This document shows positions 38,701 through 52,096 of a DNA stretch of 64,000 nucleotides, piece after piece. The stretch is from Lama guanicoe. Taxonomy: Eukaryota. Within the stretch, counting starts at the first letter, position 1; each line of letters opens with the position of its first letter. The position numbers were made by a program, and so were the translations under genes. The DNA lies in assembly GCA_013239625.1 (NCBI GenBank), contig MU054391.1, positions 3,439,130 through 3,503,129 of the forward strand, given 5' to 3'. The notes under the pieces were generated by a model. The model was given only the letters and a program-made list of their open reading frames with translations. It was not told the DNA's origin and made no database searches.

Positions 38701-39489
38701 TTATCACTTGTCTTAGGAGTGTTAACACCACTTCTCTCCTCCCAAAAAATCCTTTGAGTTTTGATCCCAGAGTGCTGCACAACCTGAATCATATTCCAAG
38801 AGTTATTTTCTGCCGCTTCTTCAGCCAAACAGCACAGCGAGTTTGGGAACTGGCATGCTGCATAAACCCCCTTTCTACGTGTCTGCCTGCTGTTTCAGAC
38901 ATTCAGCTCAGTCCTACCCCCAAAGTCCAAATAAATGCCAGAGAGAATGGTGCTCGACTCCTATTGTTGGAGCTCATGCACAGATTGGAAGAGTCACTCC
39001 TCATAGTCTGATCTATCTTCTTCAGTGAGAATCATGCCGAATGCCTTGGCCAAACACATCTTGTTTACACACTCGGGACAAAGAGAGACAGATTAAGTGC
39101 AGGCTGAGTGGGAGTAGGAAAGACTTCTAGGACTGGAAAACTTGGCTGCTCCTTACTGCCCTGTATTCATGAGGATTGGAATAAAGGGAACTTGAGCTAT
39201 AAAAAATAAATAAACAAACATCCTTCAGAAGAACAGAGCCCCTTGGCAATGGAGAGCAGCCAACAGATTCATGGTTAGAGCAGAGACTGGTCCCTCCTGA
39301 ATTCTCCATCATCGCCTCTCAGCCATCGTGGTCCCAGGTAGATAAGCTGACCTGGCTGACCGCAGGGAGTAGTTTACACCTGACTCCTCAAGCCAGGTAG
39401 CTTTATCCTCCAGACTATCACGGCCTCTTCTCTTCTGTCTTCATTTTGGTTTAGACCATTGTCAAGGTTCCTAACAGTGCAGATAATCA

Positions 39490-39680
39490 TCATCATAATA
39501 AAAGATACCCATTTGAACAATCACAATACACCAGGCACTGTGAGGGACTATACTTACATGATTGCAGCTCAGAAAATAATTGACGTGGAGTAGATGCTAT
39601 TAAATCTATTTGACGCATCGTAATATGAAGCTCAGAGAGTTTAAAAAGCTTACCCACACTCACACACCCAAGCGTGTTTT
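39490..39680 (-). mobile_element. MIR fragment
   Basis: 'catttgaacaatcacaatacaccaggcactgtg...gaagctcagagagtttaaaaagcttaccca'. Confidence 0.65.
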
Positions 39681-42600
39681 CCATCCATTCCAACTTCCCT
39701 TGGTTTCCATTCTCAAATCCTCAATTCTGTCTAAAACAAAACAGAAGATTAATGAGAAATGACAAAAGCAAATGTGGCTAAGAAACCCAAGGAAAACAAG
39801 GAACATGTTTTTTTAAAAAGATCACAATTCAGCAGTTTCCATTCTATTTCAGTGGGGCTGAACCTCATTTCATGAGCCTCTTGCTGGAGTGAAACCCAGA
39901 GCATCAGAACTGCAGATTACTCAAGATGATAGCTCCCTGTAGACATGAAAGACTCCTTTATTGGAAGGAATAAAAGGAAAACGACCCCAAAATCACAGCC
40001 CTAGAATTATAGCCTTATTCAGAAGTTATAAAGCAATGCCAGTTATCTGTTAAATTCATGCATACTTAAACATCCAATAATGGCCGTGTTGTGAATACCA
40101 ACTTCAAAAATGATCAGACTTGTGTATAATGAATATGTTTTCATATAAAAAGGAAAAAAATAAATGACACTTTTCTGTCATAAATTAGAATTTATGCCTA
40201 CCAGGATTTTCCAGAATATTCCTGTTTTAAAGCAGCATACCCCACTGTCAGAAAATACCCTAATTTTTTTTTATTAAAAACAAATTTATATGGTTACTTT
40301 AGCTTTAAAAATCGAAGGTCTTTTTATCTTTGATCAAAAATCAAAATCCCTATGAAGAAAAAGAGGCCACTGGTATCATCTTCATTTTGATGTGAAAGAG
40401 ATAGACAGAAATAAGGCAATTTCTCACTTAGGTTACCTGCCAAGAGCGAAAGACGCCAAGGGCCCACATATTTCTCCTGGGTCCCCAGTGTTTTACCCAC
40501 CAGAGTCCTCCACGTGGACGACATGGAGTTTTGCAATGACAAGAAGACTTAACCGATTCGGCCTGTGGAATCAATACTAGTGCCTCACCCTCACGGTGAG
40601 CACAGAAATGCTCACACACGTACCTGGGGATGCTCAGCCTTGCGGGTCAAATACTCAGACAGGAGAGAATGGAGAGGGTGTGAGTGGAAGGCAGAATGGA
40701 GTCAACGCATGAAAAGTCTAAAATGTTAAAATAATTATATTCCATTTTTCAGGGGATGAATAATTTGATCATAAAAGCGCATATTATAGAATTGAACTAA
40801 TTGGATGTAAAATGTTTTTTTTTTAGTCGTGTCAAAACATGACAAGGGAAGGGCTATTTCTCATAAACCTAGGGCACCAAAAGGCCAGCTAGGACTTGGT
40901 TTTCAGCAGAAGAAAATAAAGACCTGTAAGGTGTTCCCTGAGGCCCTGGGGCCCACCGTCACCCAAGACTGGCGTCATCAGAGGAGGGGGTGCTGAGATA
41001 ACAGAAAGCACTCTTTATTTTCATTCTGGCCATCTAATGATGCAGAACCAGGTGGAGAGTGAATGTGTTCAGCACCCAAATGAACTCAAGAGTCCTGCAG
41101 TTAAAAGTGAGTGAGTTTGTCAGTTGAAAACACTAATGACTGATAGACACACAGGTATCTTTCATGTCACAGTTGGGAAAAATGAACGTTGGAAACAGGA
41201 ATTTAACCCAAGTCATTTAATTATCTTGGACCTGTTTTCCCTTTTCTTACAAGATGAGAAAATGTTTTAAAAACTGAGTTGTGGTGTTGATTTTTGCTTT
41301 TGTTTTTTGTTTTTGTTTTGATTAGACAGCTACAAACCTAAAAAATTTTACTTGAAACTTACCTTTGACCAGGGGCTGAAAAGGCTAGTGAGTTGGGGAT
41401 TAGCTGGACTGAAATCACACTCCAATTCGGACACGTATGAAAGCCTGAAGGGACTTTCATGGAACAAAATACTGGAAATCAGGACTGTCTGGTGCAAGGG
41501 AAATTGAGACCTACCATAGGACAAAACAAATGCAAGCCTCTTTCGATCTTTGCACGGCACACTCTTACCTCCGCTGAAATCCAAAACAGGCTGCTTCTTT
41601 GCCTGTGTCTCTGTTCTGAGTCCGACGTGTCAGAATTACTGGTAATCGGAACCATGGGCTTTCTGTGTACGAGACAGAAGAATAGAGAAACATGCAAATG
41701 TCCTCTCTAATCCTACAGCTCCGATCTCATCTCTGCCAGAGGAAATGGACGGTTCACCAGGATGTTTTTCCTAGAGAGTGAATGATTAAATATTCAGATG
41801 GTATTCGTCCAAGCCTGCTGGACTTTTCCTCCAGATCCGAGTACACAGAGGTTGCCTTCTTGTCTGTTTCTTCTTATTCTTTCTCACTCTGCCTCCCTCG
41901 CTCTCTCCCTGCCTTCCTTCCTTCCTTCTTTCTTTGTCTTTCATTGTTTCCCCCTTAAAGTGATGATGCTTAACTTCAAGCAGAAGTCTGGGGGTCTAGG
42001 GCTAACCGCACCAGGGAGCGCGGGTCCTTCCCCCTCTTCCCTGAGCTGCCTGGGCGCTGTGCCAGGGACTACCCAGCCCACCAAGACCCAGAGGTCTCAG
42101 GTACAAACCCCCTGAGCAGTTTTACGTGCCTTCCGTCGGAGAGCAACAGCCTACAGATCTGAATCTTTAGGGGGACCCAGAAACAGATCTTCTGACCGTG
42201 CTGCCCCTGTTGGCCGTGCGGCTGTGTCTGCAGCCAGCCCAGAAAGCTCCAGGCCACATCCAGTAAAGACTCAGCTGCTGCCGCCCCTGCCTCGCAGGCA
42301 GCTGCCGGAACAAGCAGTCCTGCCTCCTGGGGTCCCTGACGGGAAGACGGCCTCTCAGCCCATTGTCCTGTGCAGACACTCACTAACCCGGCTGCAGTCA
42401 GAGCAAGGGCTCGCATCAGTATCCGCTGATTAGCGGTCGCAGGGCAATGATCCTCCTGCTCTGAGCAGTGCAGCCCGCGGACCAGGTCTCACCCCTCAGT
42501 GTCCGCTCCCCTGGCCACCGGTACCCTTGTCCGTGCTTGTCGAGACTCTGAGATGCTGAGGGGAAGGTGCGCTGTTGTGCTGAGTGTTTATAGTTCCGGG

Positions 42601-43309
42601 CGATTCCTGGTGATGGGACACCTGCTTCGTCATCACCTTCCGCCAGTTCTGAGCGACTTTCAGTAAATTTTACCAAATAAGAAAGCCGTATGAAACAAAA
42701 GGAGAGTGCTCTGACTCTCATCCCTGGACTACAAATCACAGCAGCCCACTGGCCGGGTAGAGGCCCACACAGGCAGCTTCAAAAGCCATTCCACACATCA
42801 GTTCCATTCTTGAGCTGATCTTGTAAGAGTAGAGTGGTTACCTTTGGCTTGTTTGTCTTGGATGGGCATTTTCATGAACAGAAACATGACTGAGAAACAT
42901 TTCCTGTATTTTATTCCTATTGATCTATTTTGTCTTTTAGTTGTCCGTTAAACAATTACGTTCGCTGATTTATTTAAGGAATCCATCTGGGAACTCAGGA
43001 TTTTGAAAGGGGTATTAAACAAGAGTTGTCCAAATGAAGCCAGTTTTGTCCTTAGCATACTGTGCAGCTAAACTGCTGGGAAAATAAAGCCAAGGGAGGA
43101 GAAGAGGGAGAGCCCTGGAGCTGGGGGGGACTGACCCACTGCTGACGCGGCTGAGTTCCTTGGAGGTGCAAGTTCGCATTTCCTCCCCCCGCCGTGGGCC
43201 ACCAGTCACTTTCCGATGAGGGAGGGTCTACTCCCTCGCCGCACATGGGGATACTTTGCCTAGAAGCTGTATTTTTTTTGTATGTGTCACTGTGATAGCT
43301 GTTCTAATT

Positions 43310-43748
43310 CCTTTTTTAATGAAATATAACTTATTTACGATGTTTTGGGTATACAGCAAAGTGATTCAGTTATGTATACATATTATTTTTTCAGATTATT
43401 TTCCATTATAGATTATTGCAAGACAGTGAATGTAGTTCCCTGTGCTATAGAGTAGGTCCTTGTTCTCTATTTTATATATAGTTGTGTATTTGTTAATCTC
43501 AAATTCCCAATTTATCCCTCCTCTGCCCTTCTGCTGTGGTAGCCACAAGTGTGCTTTCTACATCTGTGAGTTTATTTCTGTTTTGTAAATAGTTCATTTG
43601 TATCATTTTTCAGATTCTACATATAACTGATATCATATGATATTTGTCTTTCTCTGACTTACTTCACTCAGTATGACAATCTCCAGGTCTATCCATGTTG
43701 TTGCAAATGGCATTATTTTTATTATTTTTTATGGCTGAGTAGTATTCC

Positions 43749-43786
<38 letters not shown>

Positions 43787-44268
43787 CATGTATGTATGTA
43801 TGTATACATATATATATCACATCTTCTTTATCCAGTTATCTGTCCATGAACATTTAGGTTCCTTCCATGTCTTAGCTATCATAAATAGTGCTGCTGTGAA
43901 CATTAAGATATATATATTTTATTAAATTAGAATTTTTGTGTTTTCCAGATATATGACCAGGAGTGAGTGGGATTGCTGGATCATATGGTAACTCAATTTT
44001 CAGTTTTTTTAAGGAACTTCCATACTGTTCTCCATAGTAACTGCACCAATTTACATCCCCATCAACAGTATAGAAGGGTTCTCCTTTCTCCACATCCCTT
44101 CCAGCATGTAATGTTTGTAGACTTTCTGATAATGGCCATTTTGATTGGTGTGAGGTGGTACCTCATGGTAATTTTGATTTGAATTTCTCTGATAATTAGT
44201 GATACTGAGTATCTTTTCCTATGCCTGTAGCCATCTGTATTTTTTCTTTGAAGAAATGTCTATTTAGC
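43310..44268 (-). mobile_element. 5'-truncated L1 (about 950 bp): 3' UTR plus ORF2 C-terminal remnant
   Basis: ORF 43872-44093(-) 'MEKGEP...VNWCS...[16 protein letters not shown]' is a recognisable, frameshifted L1 ORF2p C-terminus. The 3' UTR is of the artiodactyl type ('tatacagcaaagtgattcagttat'). Confidence 0.93.
43751..43817. repeat. (TG)16 plus TA/TATG microsatellite inside the L1
   Basis: Directly visible in the sequence. Confidence 0.95.
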
Positions 44269-44832
44269 TTTCAAAAGAGAGGGCGGAGAGATCCTGGCTC
44301 CCATATTCAGGATTTTGTGACGCCTTCTTCAGATAGCCCTACAACTGCACCTAAGGGTGGTCTGAGTCCATCCCACCCCCACACTCAGGGGCTCTGTCCT
44401 CACCACCCTCACCACCACCATGTACAGACACCCTTTTATGATCTACTGGTTTCTGAAAGAATGCCGTCTAGCCATCTCTTTCAAAATCTTGACTACAGAA
44501 AATGATTTAAATTGAGTGATATAAGCAGGGAGCAGTGCACAGGGAGTGATCATTAAAGTTTAGATAGAAAATCGTCCATCAAAATCCATGTGACCTAGCC
44601 CTTAAGTGTATGTGTACACGCCTCCACACCACACACTTACACACATACACCACTCACTCCCATATGCCACACCACACACATACAACACACTCAAAATTGC
44701 TCACTCTGGTAGAACAACAATTAGAATAGTTTTTAACACAAAAGAAAAGTATTAAAACTCTAAAAGAATATGAGCTTTGTTCCCAAATATTACTCCACAT
44801 AGATGTGAAATTTTAACATACGTGTGTATCCT

Positions 44833-45772
44833 TGTAGTGGTAACACCAGATATTTTCATCATTAAAAGCTCAGCTCACAAAGACTCTTGGTGGATTTTCC
44901 ACAGGGGCCCAGGAATTCAGGGTCTTTTTAGTAAATTAGGAAAGTGATAAATACTCAAAACTCACATCCCAATTGCATTTTAGTAGTCTCTGTTTCCTGT
45001 AGATTGTTTATGTCTATTGTATTTGTACGGTGGACTAGTACCATGTATCTTCCCAGTTCCGCATTCAGTAGTGTTACACTGACAGGTTGAAATCAGCCAT
45101 GGCAGGAGTATTTACACAATAAAAAACAGGCAAGCTTTTAAAATGAGGGCTAGATTTATAGTATAGATTGGAGATTAAGCTGTCTAGATTTAAGAAAATC
45201 ATGAAAACAATCTTAATAAGGCTGAACAAACTTAAGATGTGCATGTCAGTAGCTGCTCCACTGCAGACAGCCCTCAAAATTGAAGCAACTTTCTTCCAGT
45301 AATTGAAAATTCTTCTCTCTTATCTCATTCTCTTAACTCTTACCTCATATCTCATTCATATTCTTGACAAATATGCATGGGGTTCCAACAGACATCTTTG
45401 GGGGTTTTTTTGTTTTTGTTTTTTACTTTTTTATTTTGTTAATTAAATGAAAATATCAACCAATATTCATGTTGAAACTACATTCATTTGTCAATGTTGT
45501 GAGCAACTTCTTTGCTAAATCAGTTAGTAATCAAACATTTATTCATGGTCTGATTTTGTCAAATTATGATTTGATTGCAGCCATAGGCTGGTGATGAATT
45601 CAAGAGTTTGGCAAGTATCAGAGAATGATTTCCAGGAGAATCAATCAGGAAAATGGAATTTACAATAAAAAGTATTGCATATTTAATTATTTGAAAATTG
45701 CAATTCTTAAAATAAATTTATACACACATACTTTTTTTCAAGAGAACTGGTCATTAAATCAGAACACCACTG
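44833..45772. mobile_element. MER63 (C/D-like) hAT-Blackjack DNA transposon
   Basis: 'aaatactcaaaactca...ttgaaatcagccatggcaggagtatttacac...tgtctagatttaagaaa', ending in '...agaacaccactg' (TIR-like). Confidence 0.75.
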
Positions 45773-45963
45773 GGTAGGAAGATAGGAGTAAGAGATAACT
45801 TTCTGTCATAGTGTGATAGAAGAACTAAAAGACAGATCGTGTGAAAGAAACAGAGAGAGAGAGATAGAGGGAGGAAACAAGGGGAGATGACATTGGTAGG
45901 AACCAGATCCTGCAGGGAAGTTTTATCCTAAGAACTTTGGAAAGCCATTTAAGGTGTTAAGCA

Positions 45964-46084
45964 GAATATGAAAGTGAATATATGTATGCAGATGTATGAC
46001 TGAAACATTATGCTATACACCAGAAATTGACACAATATTGTAAACTGACTATACGTCAATGAAAAAGAATGCAAATTAAAAAAA
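45964..46084 (+). mobile_element. Short L1 3'-end insertion with a 13-bp TSD, inside an antisense L2
   Basis: 'atgactgaaacattatgctatacaccagaaattgacacaatattgtaaactgactatac...' with an A-tail. TSD aaggtgttaagca (45951-63) / aagatgttaagca (46085-97). Confidence 0.88.
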
Positions 46085-46265
46085 AAGATGTTAAGCAATG
46101 GCTTATACTTACCATATTTTTGCTTTAAAAATATTTCTGGATGAAATTGGAAATAGATTGGAGTAGAGCAAGAGAGCATGAGAAAAGATCCTTTTGGGGT
46201 TATTTCAATATTCCAAATGAGAGATTATGGTAGCAACCACTAGGTGCTGGCAGAAAAATAGAATT

Positions 46266-46620
46266 TGTATTAGTCAGGGTATGTAACGCTCAAATGCTGT
46301 AACAAATATACTACAATATTCATTGGGTCATTAAAATAAAAGCACATTTCTCACTCACAGGAGTGAAGTGAAAGTTTTGTCAGTTTCCACGTGATGGTTC
46401 AGGCATGAGCCTTTCCCTTTAGTGGCTCCACTGACACATGGGGTCTCCTAGCTCTCTCCCTAACAGGGGCTGAAAAAAAGGGAGATGAGAGAGTGGAGGA
46501 TAAAAGGAAGGGGCTGGAAGCTGGTAACATTCCATAGCCCCAGACTAATCACTTAGTCTCACATGGACACAAGGGGACAGGGAGGTTTAACCGGCTTCTA
46601 TGCCCAGAGGAAAATTAAAT
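46266..46620 (-). mobile_element. Old MLT1 LTR
   Basis: 'tgtattagtcaggg...tgctgtaacaaat...atttctcactcaca...ttagtctcacatgg'. Confidence 0.6.
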
Positions 46621-46774
46621 TTCTCTCTGCTCACCTTCACTTTGTAAATGTCTCCTTTACTGACAGTTAAGAGACACAAATATTTGTCGACTGAATGCAC
46701 AATCGTGAATTTTTCAGCTTTCACATTCTAGAATTCACCAGAGAAATAGAAAGATTGGTCCTGGCATGTTTACA

Positions 46775-47000
46775 GGAAGAGCAGAAAACCTGGGTTTAGG
46801 TTTGATTTGGTTTGATCTCTGCTGTTTAACTTCCCTGTAACCTTTAACAAACTCTTCTTTTTTCGTGTCTGAGTCTCAATTTTTGAAAGTATAAAATAAG
46901 AGAAATAATAGCTTTTCTACTATGAGAAGTTCTAATAAAACCATATAAGTAGAGATAATATTGTAACATATTGTAAGGTGCTAGCACTTTTGCAAAACCC
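46775..47000 (+). mobile_element. MIR fragment
   Basis: 'gagcagaaaacctgggtt...ctgtaacctttaacaa...tctgagtctcaattttt...tataaaataag'. Confidence 0.55.
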
Positions 47001-47899
47001 AGCAATTTTAAAAAGAGCATCTTTAATGGAATCCTAAATACATTTATGGGAATATGACATGAATTCCTAATATGTGAAGATACTCTGAGTTTTGATTGGG
47101 GAATATTCCTCTCGCTCCACTGAAGCAGTAAGATAAAAGCTGTTACCTGGTTTGCCTGGTAGGAGCACCATGCAAAAAAGAGATTGCCCCTTACTTTCCA
47201 CCGCCTGCCTCTGGGCACAACAGTTAGCTGCATGATACATATCACTAATAGGACTTCTGCAATTTTCTTGTTATAATAAGATACATTAATATATGTTTCC
47301 TAGGCTCTGTAGATTCCTGTGTGATGGATAGTTGTAGGACCCTGTTTAAATTTAATAAATTAGCGAACAAATAAGGGCTTTATTTTTAAATTTCTCCCAA
47401 GCAACACAAAATTTAGTTGGCAAATAGTCTTTATCCAACTGGAAAAAAAAAAGTCTTCATTAAAAAAAAATCAGCAATGAATGAATCGATAGAGACATAC
47501 TGATGTGTGCCTATTATACATGGTTGTTTTGTGCAAAGACAGCAAAATTTGCAATTTTTACGACCCCTCCCCACCAAAAACAAAAGATGCACTTTCTTGT
47601 CTCTCCTCCGTGCATCTTCTGCAAACCTGTCTTTCTCACCTGCCTGGACCATTTCCATCACTTTCTTTCTGTAACCTTGTTTCTAGTCTCGCATAACTGT
47701 CCCACACGCATGTATTTTCAGTGCACATTGTCATCTTATTACTACTGGCTTCCTCAGTAGTCCTCACTTGTACTCAGTCAGCTACAGGATATCAGGTCCT
47801 CTTTGTGGCACCCAAGGCTGTCAAAGAGTAGACCACACATGTTTGTCTAACTGTTCTGGCTACGCTTGCCTCCTCATCCTTCAGATACGTGGCGCTCCT

Positions 47900-48240
47900 G
47901 GAGAGCTCCACGCTCACAGGTCTGTGCCACTGCATGGATCTTTCTGCTGACCGGAAATGCCTACTTAACCTGCCTTCTGAAATGACAAACTCCTATTCTC
48001 CTTTTAAGCCTCAGATTGAGTTTCTGATGACCTCACAGATTTCCCCATGCTGACTTCCAAACCCCCATCACCCACAGCACCCCGCAAATCCTCCTTAGCC
48101 GACCAGACTGGTAAATACTGAAGTGTTTAAATGTATATCTGACACCGCTGCACTATTAAGAACCTCGAGGGCAAGGACTATGCCTTTTGTATCCCCGGAC
48201 CCCTAGTTCTCAGCACACGGTGATTTCCGCGTGTTTACTG
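47900..48240 (+). mobile_element. L2 fragment
   Basis: 'aactcctattctccttttaagcctcag...aacctcgagggcaaggactatgcctttt...ctcagcacacgg'. Confidence 0.6.
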
Positions 48241-48456
48241 CAGGAAGGAGAGTCTCTAAGGCCGTGGGACTCATCTCGTTGGTGTGCGCGGACCACCCGC
48301 CCGATAAGCATCTCCACCAAGTTACACGTCAGACCAGAACTTCACCTGTAACGCAGGTGTCACTCTTCCCCTCCACCCCATCCACTGGTTCACAGATTAG
48401 GGACAGAAGTCTGTCTTCATGCTTCGTCAGTCTAGGCGTAGAACTCAGCTCCTTCG

Positions 48457-48467
48457 AATATATATAT

Positions 48468-48498
<31 letters not shown>

Positions 48499-48512
48499 CC
48501 TGAGAATTATAT

Positions 48513-48556
<44 letters not shown>

Positions 48557-48568
48557 TTATATATATAT
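48457..48568. repeat. Interrupted (TA)n with a recurring 'gtttt' spacer
   Basis: (TA)n-GTTT-(TA)n motif occurs three times. Confidence 0.92.
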
Positions 48569-49494
48569 AAAACACATTAAGCAAGAAATAAAGACCTTAT
48601 AGAAGATTCTGTAGGGGTGATAGAAGGAAAGATTTACACTGAAAGCCTCTTTAAAAAAAAAACCCAAAACTCCCTTTTAGGCAAATTTTATTCCTGTAGC
48701 GGGGCAGCCAGTGATGCTCCTGCTCTCTCCAGAATTGCCTTCCCTGTGGGACACACCCCAAGGAAACTGAAAGGCTGAAAGTCACTGTCCTCTTGGGTTA
48801 GACCTGGTCCTAGGGTGGTCTCATTTCTGGGGAGAAAAACAAATCCTCAAAAACTGAAATGCAGTCAACAGAGACCCCAAACACTGCGCAGTTCCCAGGG
48901 GGAGGGATCCATGCCCTGCACATCTGTGTGTCCAGCGCTTTGGAAAATGGGAGCTGCAAAGCTCAGCTGTCTGAGGAACAGGCTTGAAGAGTAGGGAGGG
49001 AGGGAGGGAGAAGGAGGGGTTACAGGTTTCACACAGCAAATCTTCGCTCTTTCTGCGACACTCGGACTCCCAGCTCCTGACTTTCTGTTCAACAAAACAA
49101 GACGAGAACTGGGAAGCTTGGACATAATCTTGCCTAGGGCTACCGTGGGCTGGTCCTGTGCTCTCAGGCTGCTCCAGGAGACGAGCTCAGGGATAGGAGA
49201 TGCCCTCAGGGCAGGATAATAACCAGATTTCCACCTCGTACTTCAAGTCAGGAGTGCACTGGCCACTGCAGCTGCAAAACATGGGGCTGGGGAAAGGGAG
49301 GCTCTTTTCCAGGGAACCCCCAGCAGAGGTTGCTCCAGGTTCCTCTCCAGCCTCCAGAACAACAGTGTTCGTCACCCTCGATCACTGGAGCCCAAACAAG
49401 TCTAATCATTACCACCGTCCGTGAAGAATTCATTCATTTTAAAGTGAATTAAGCTTGCATCAAGGTGCTTTTGTTCCTTTCTCTTTCCATGTCC

Positions 49495-49880
49495 TGCAGT
49501 CCTTAGTTTTCTGTGTCAATTTGGCTAGACAACAATTTTTGCACAACCATCCAGTCCAGTGCAAATCTAGGTGACGCGTCAACGAGCTTCAAAGCTGTAA
49601 TCAGTTGAGTTCAAGTAAAGGAGATTTTCTTCAACAAAGCCATTGGGCTTCATCCAATCCTTTGAAAGGATTTAAGACAAAAAAAAACTAAGGTTTCCCA
49701 CAGAAGAAATTCTGCCCTAAGGCTGCAGCATCAGCTCCTGCCTGAGAGTCCAGCTTGTGGGTCTGCCCCACGGAGCTCAGACTTGCCAGCCCCCACGATC
49801 ATGGGAGCCAAGGCCTTGAAACGACTTAGTGTGTGTGTGCGAGTATGCACGCGTGTACACGTGTGTGCGGCCTATAGTAA
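49495..49880 (+). mobile_element. MLT2 LTR, diverged
   Basis: 'agttttctgtgtcaatttggctagac...agtaaaggagatt...ggcttcatccaatc...aagaaattctgcc...agctcctgcctgagagtccagc...cagacttgccagcccccacgatcatgggagccaa'. Confidence 0.8.
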
Positions 49881-50502
49881 GGGTAGATTACCTGATTCGA
49901 ACATAACATTTTAAAAACCACATTTTTAGAAAATGCATTTAAACCCTACCCCAAAAGTTACTAAAATCAACTTTCAGGGAATTTCAGATATTAAAGGGAA
50001 AAGAGAAGCCATCAGGTCCAGCCTTGTCACTCTAAACAAGAGAAGTTACACAGTCATTATTGCACCTCCAAGGCCACACCTTGTCCAGTCCTACCGTCAC
50101 ACAGCTGGTGATGGGGCACTGAGGGACCAAAGACTGAAATGTGTCACTGCTGTGCTATTGGAAAAATATAAACGGCGCCATCTCTCTGTCAGGAGCAAAC
50201 CTCATTAGGGCCCAGTTAGTCAGAAAGACTGTGTCCCAGAAAGGTTCCCGTTCGGCAGCAGAGGATTCAGTAGGACCTTCTGAGCCCTAATCACGAATAT
50301 GCTAACTTTGATTGTCAACTGTGACCTAGGGTGAACGTTATCGCGATGTCACCGTGAGCCCAAATTCGGATCAAATCAGCTCCCTTTTCAAGTCTATTTT
50401 AACAGCAGCAAACAAAATTCATATTGCAAATTTTCCCACCGAGATAATATTTTTGCATCTCTTTGATATGTCTTTCTTCCTATTTGACAAAGTCTTAGAA
50501 AA

Positions 50503-50845
50503 TGTCCAAGTCTTTTCAGGCTGTTGTAACACAACACTATAGACTGGGTAGTTTATAAACCAAATAAATTTATTTCTCATAGTTCTGGAGGCTTGGAAGT
50601 CTAAGATCACGGTACTGGCAGGCCCGGGGTCTGGTGAGACCCTGCTTCCTGGTTCGAAGCTGCCCATCTTCCCACTGTGTCCTCACACTGGGGCAGGGAG
50701 TTCTGCGAGGTCTCGTTTTAAAGACACTGACCCCATCGTCAGGGCTCTACCCTCATGACCTGATTGTCTCCCAAAAGCCGATCACATTGGGAGTCAGGTT
50801 TCCATCCTGTGAATGTTGGAAGGACACAAGCATTCAGCCTATAGA
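50503..50845 (-). mobile_element. MLT1A/B-like solo LTR
   Basis: 'atagactgggtagtttataaac...ttctcatagttctggaggcttggaagtctaagatc...ccctcatgacct...cattcagcctatag'. Confidence 0.88.
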
Positions 50846-52008
50846 AGAGACCAGCTAGAATTCAAACCTCTGAACGCACAATCATAGCAATAAGTTGAGA
50901 TGCACATTGATTCTGTCTGTGTGGTTAGTCACTTTAAATCATTCCTTGTGTTGCTTCCAAAGTGGCCCTCAGACAGAGCCAATGTCTGGGCTTCCTGGGG
51001 AGCGCTCCCCAGGAGCTGCCCTCCAATCCCCCTCACGTTGCAGGACGCAGTCACTCGTGATTTCGCTGAGTTGGTTCCACATGAATTACACGCAGCTCCT
51101 CAGAGCAGGCTGAGGCCCCAGGACGGTCAAGAGAAGGCCAGTTTGCCTACAGAATGATGAAAATCATTTTCCCTGGCAAAATGCTCACCCCACGTAGGCA
51201 GATGCATCCTTGGTACTTCATTTTCTCAGCAGCCTCGGAGAACGCTTGGGAGCCAGCTCTGCCTTGGAGGATGCGGTCTCACCTCCTGACTCTGCAGTCA
51301 TATTCTGAGCTTTCCACATCCTTTGCCATTAAAGAAACAGCGCACCCCCTAACTGAGTCTGCTGGCCTCTTTCCATCAAGCGTATTCCCACTGAATGTGA
51401 CAGGCACACAGCTGATGCTACGGGGGACTGTCAGCAAAATGTTTCCAGAGAGCTGCAGTCGAGCGCTTCTGATGAAATGCCAGCAGGCACATGTTTTGGT
51501 TCACTGTCTGTGACTTGTTTCACCTGTAAGTCAGTCTTGTCAGTAGTTGGCATTTGCACCTTCAGACCCAAATCACTCATTTATTCTGTTAGCATCACTA
51601 AGCTTTTTTCCTTAGGCTTCTTAACCTTCTGCGGATGTTATCTCCCCTTTTCTGAGAAGTGTTAAATCCAGTGATTAGTGATGCATAAAGATGTGCTGAG
51701 AAAGAAGAAAAACAAATTGACTGTAAACGACGCAGCGGGACCGGTGGAGTGAGTGCCATCCCACCAGCAAAAACTCCAATGAAGGCAAAGAGGAGACACC
51801 AGCCAGAGTGTTTGTCACATCCTGTGTGGGGCCCTGAAGTGTGGAAATAGGTCTGGTGTAGGGGACAGAGCTCTAGACTTAACAATCATGAAATCTGACT
51901 AGGAGACCATTGACGTACACAAAGTTGACCTCAGTTTTCTCATCTGTAAAATAGAAGTGATATCGACTTTGTAGGGTAGAGTGGAACAATAAAGCTTTTG
52001 TATGACGT

Positions 52009-52096
52009 TAAGTTTATATATAATTTGACACTGTATATTACTAACAAGTGTATATATAAGTTTATATATAATTTGACACTTACATGGCTAACAAGA
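52009..52096. repeat. Tandem duplication, 48-bp period, 2 copies
   Basis: taagtttatatataatttgacact is exact at 52009-32 and 52057-80, each followed by a similar '...ctaacaag'. Confidence 0.9.

Noticed and set aside
43872..44182. ORFs as a host gene
   Set aside because: They are the frameshifted L1 ORF2 C-terminus and its antisense reading.
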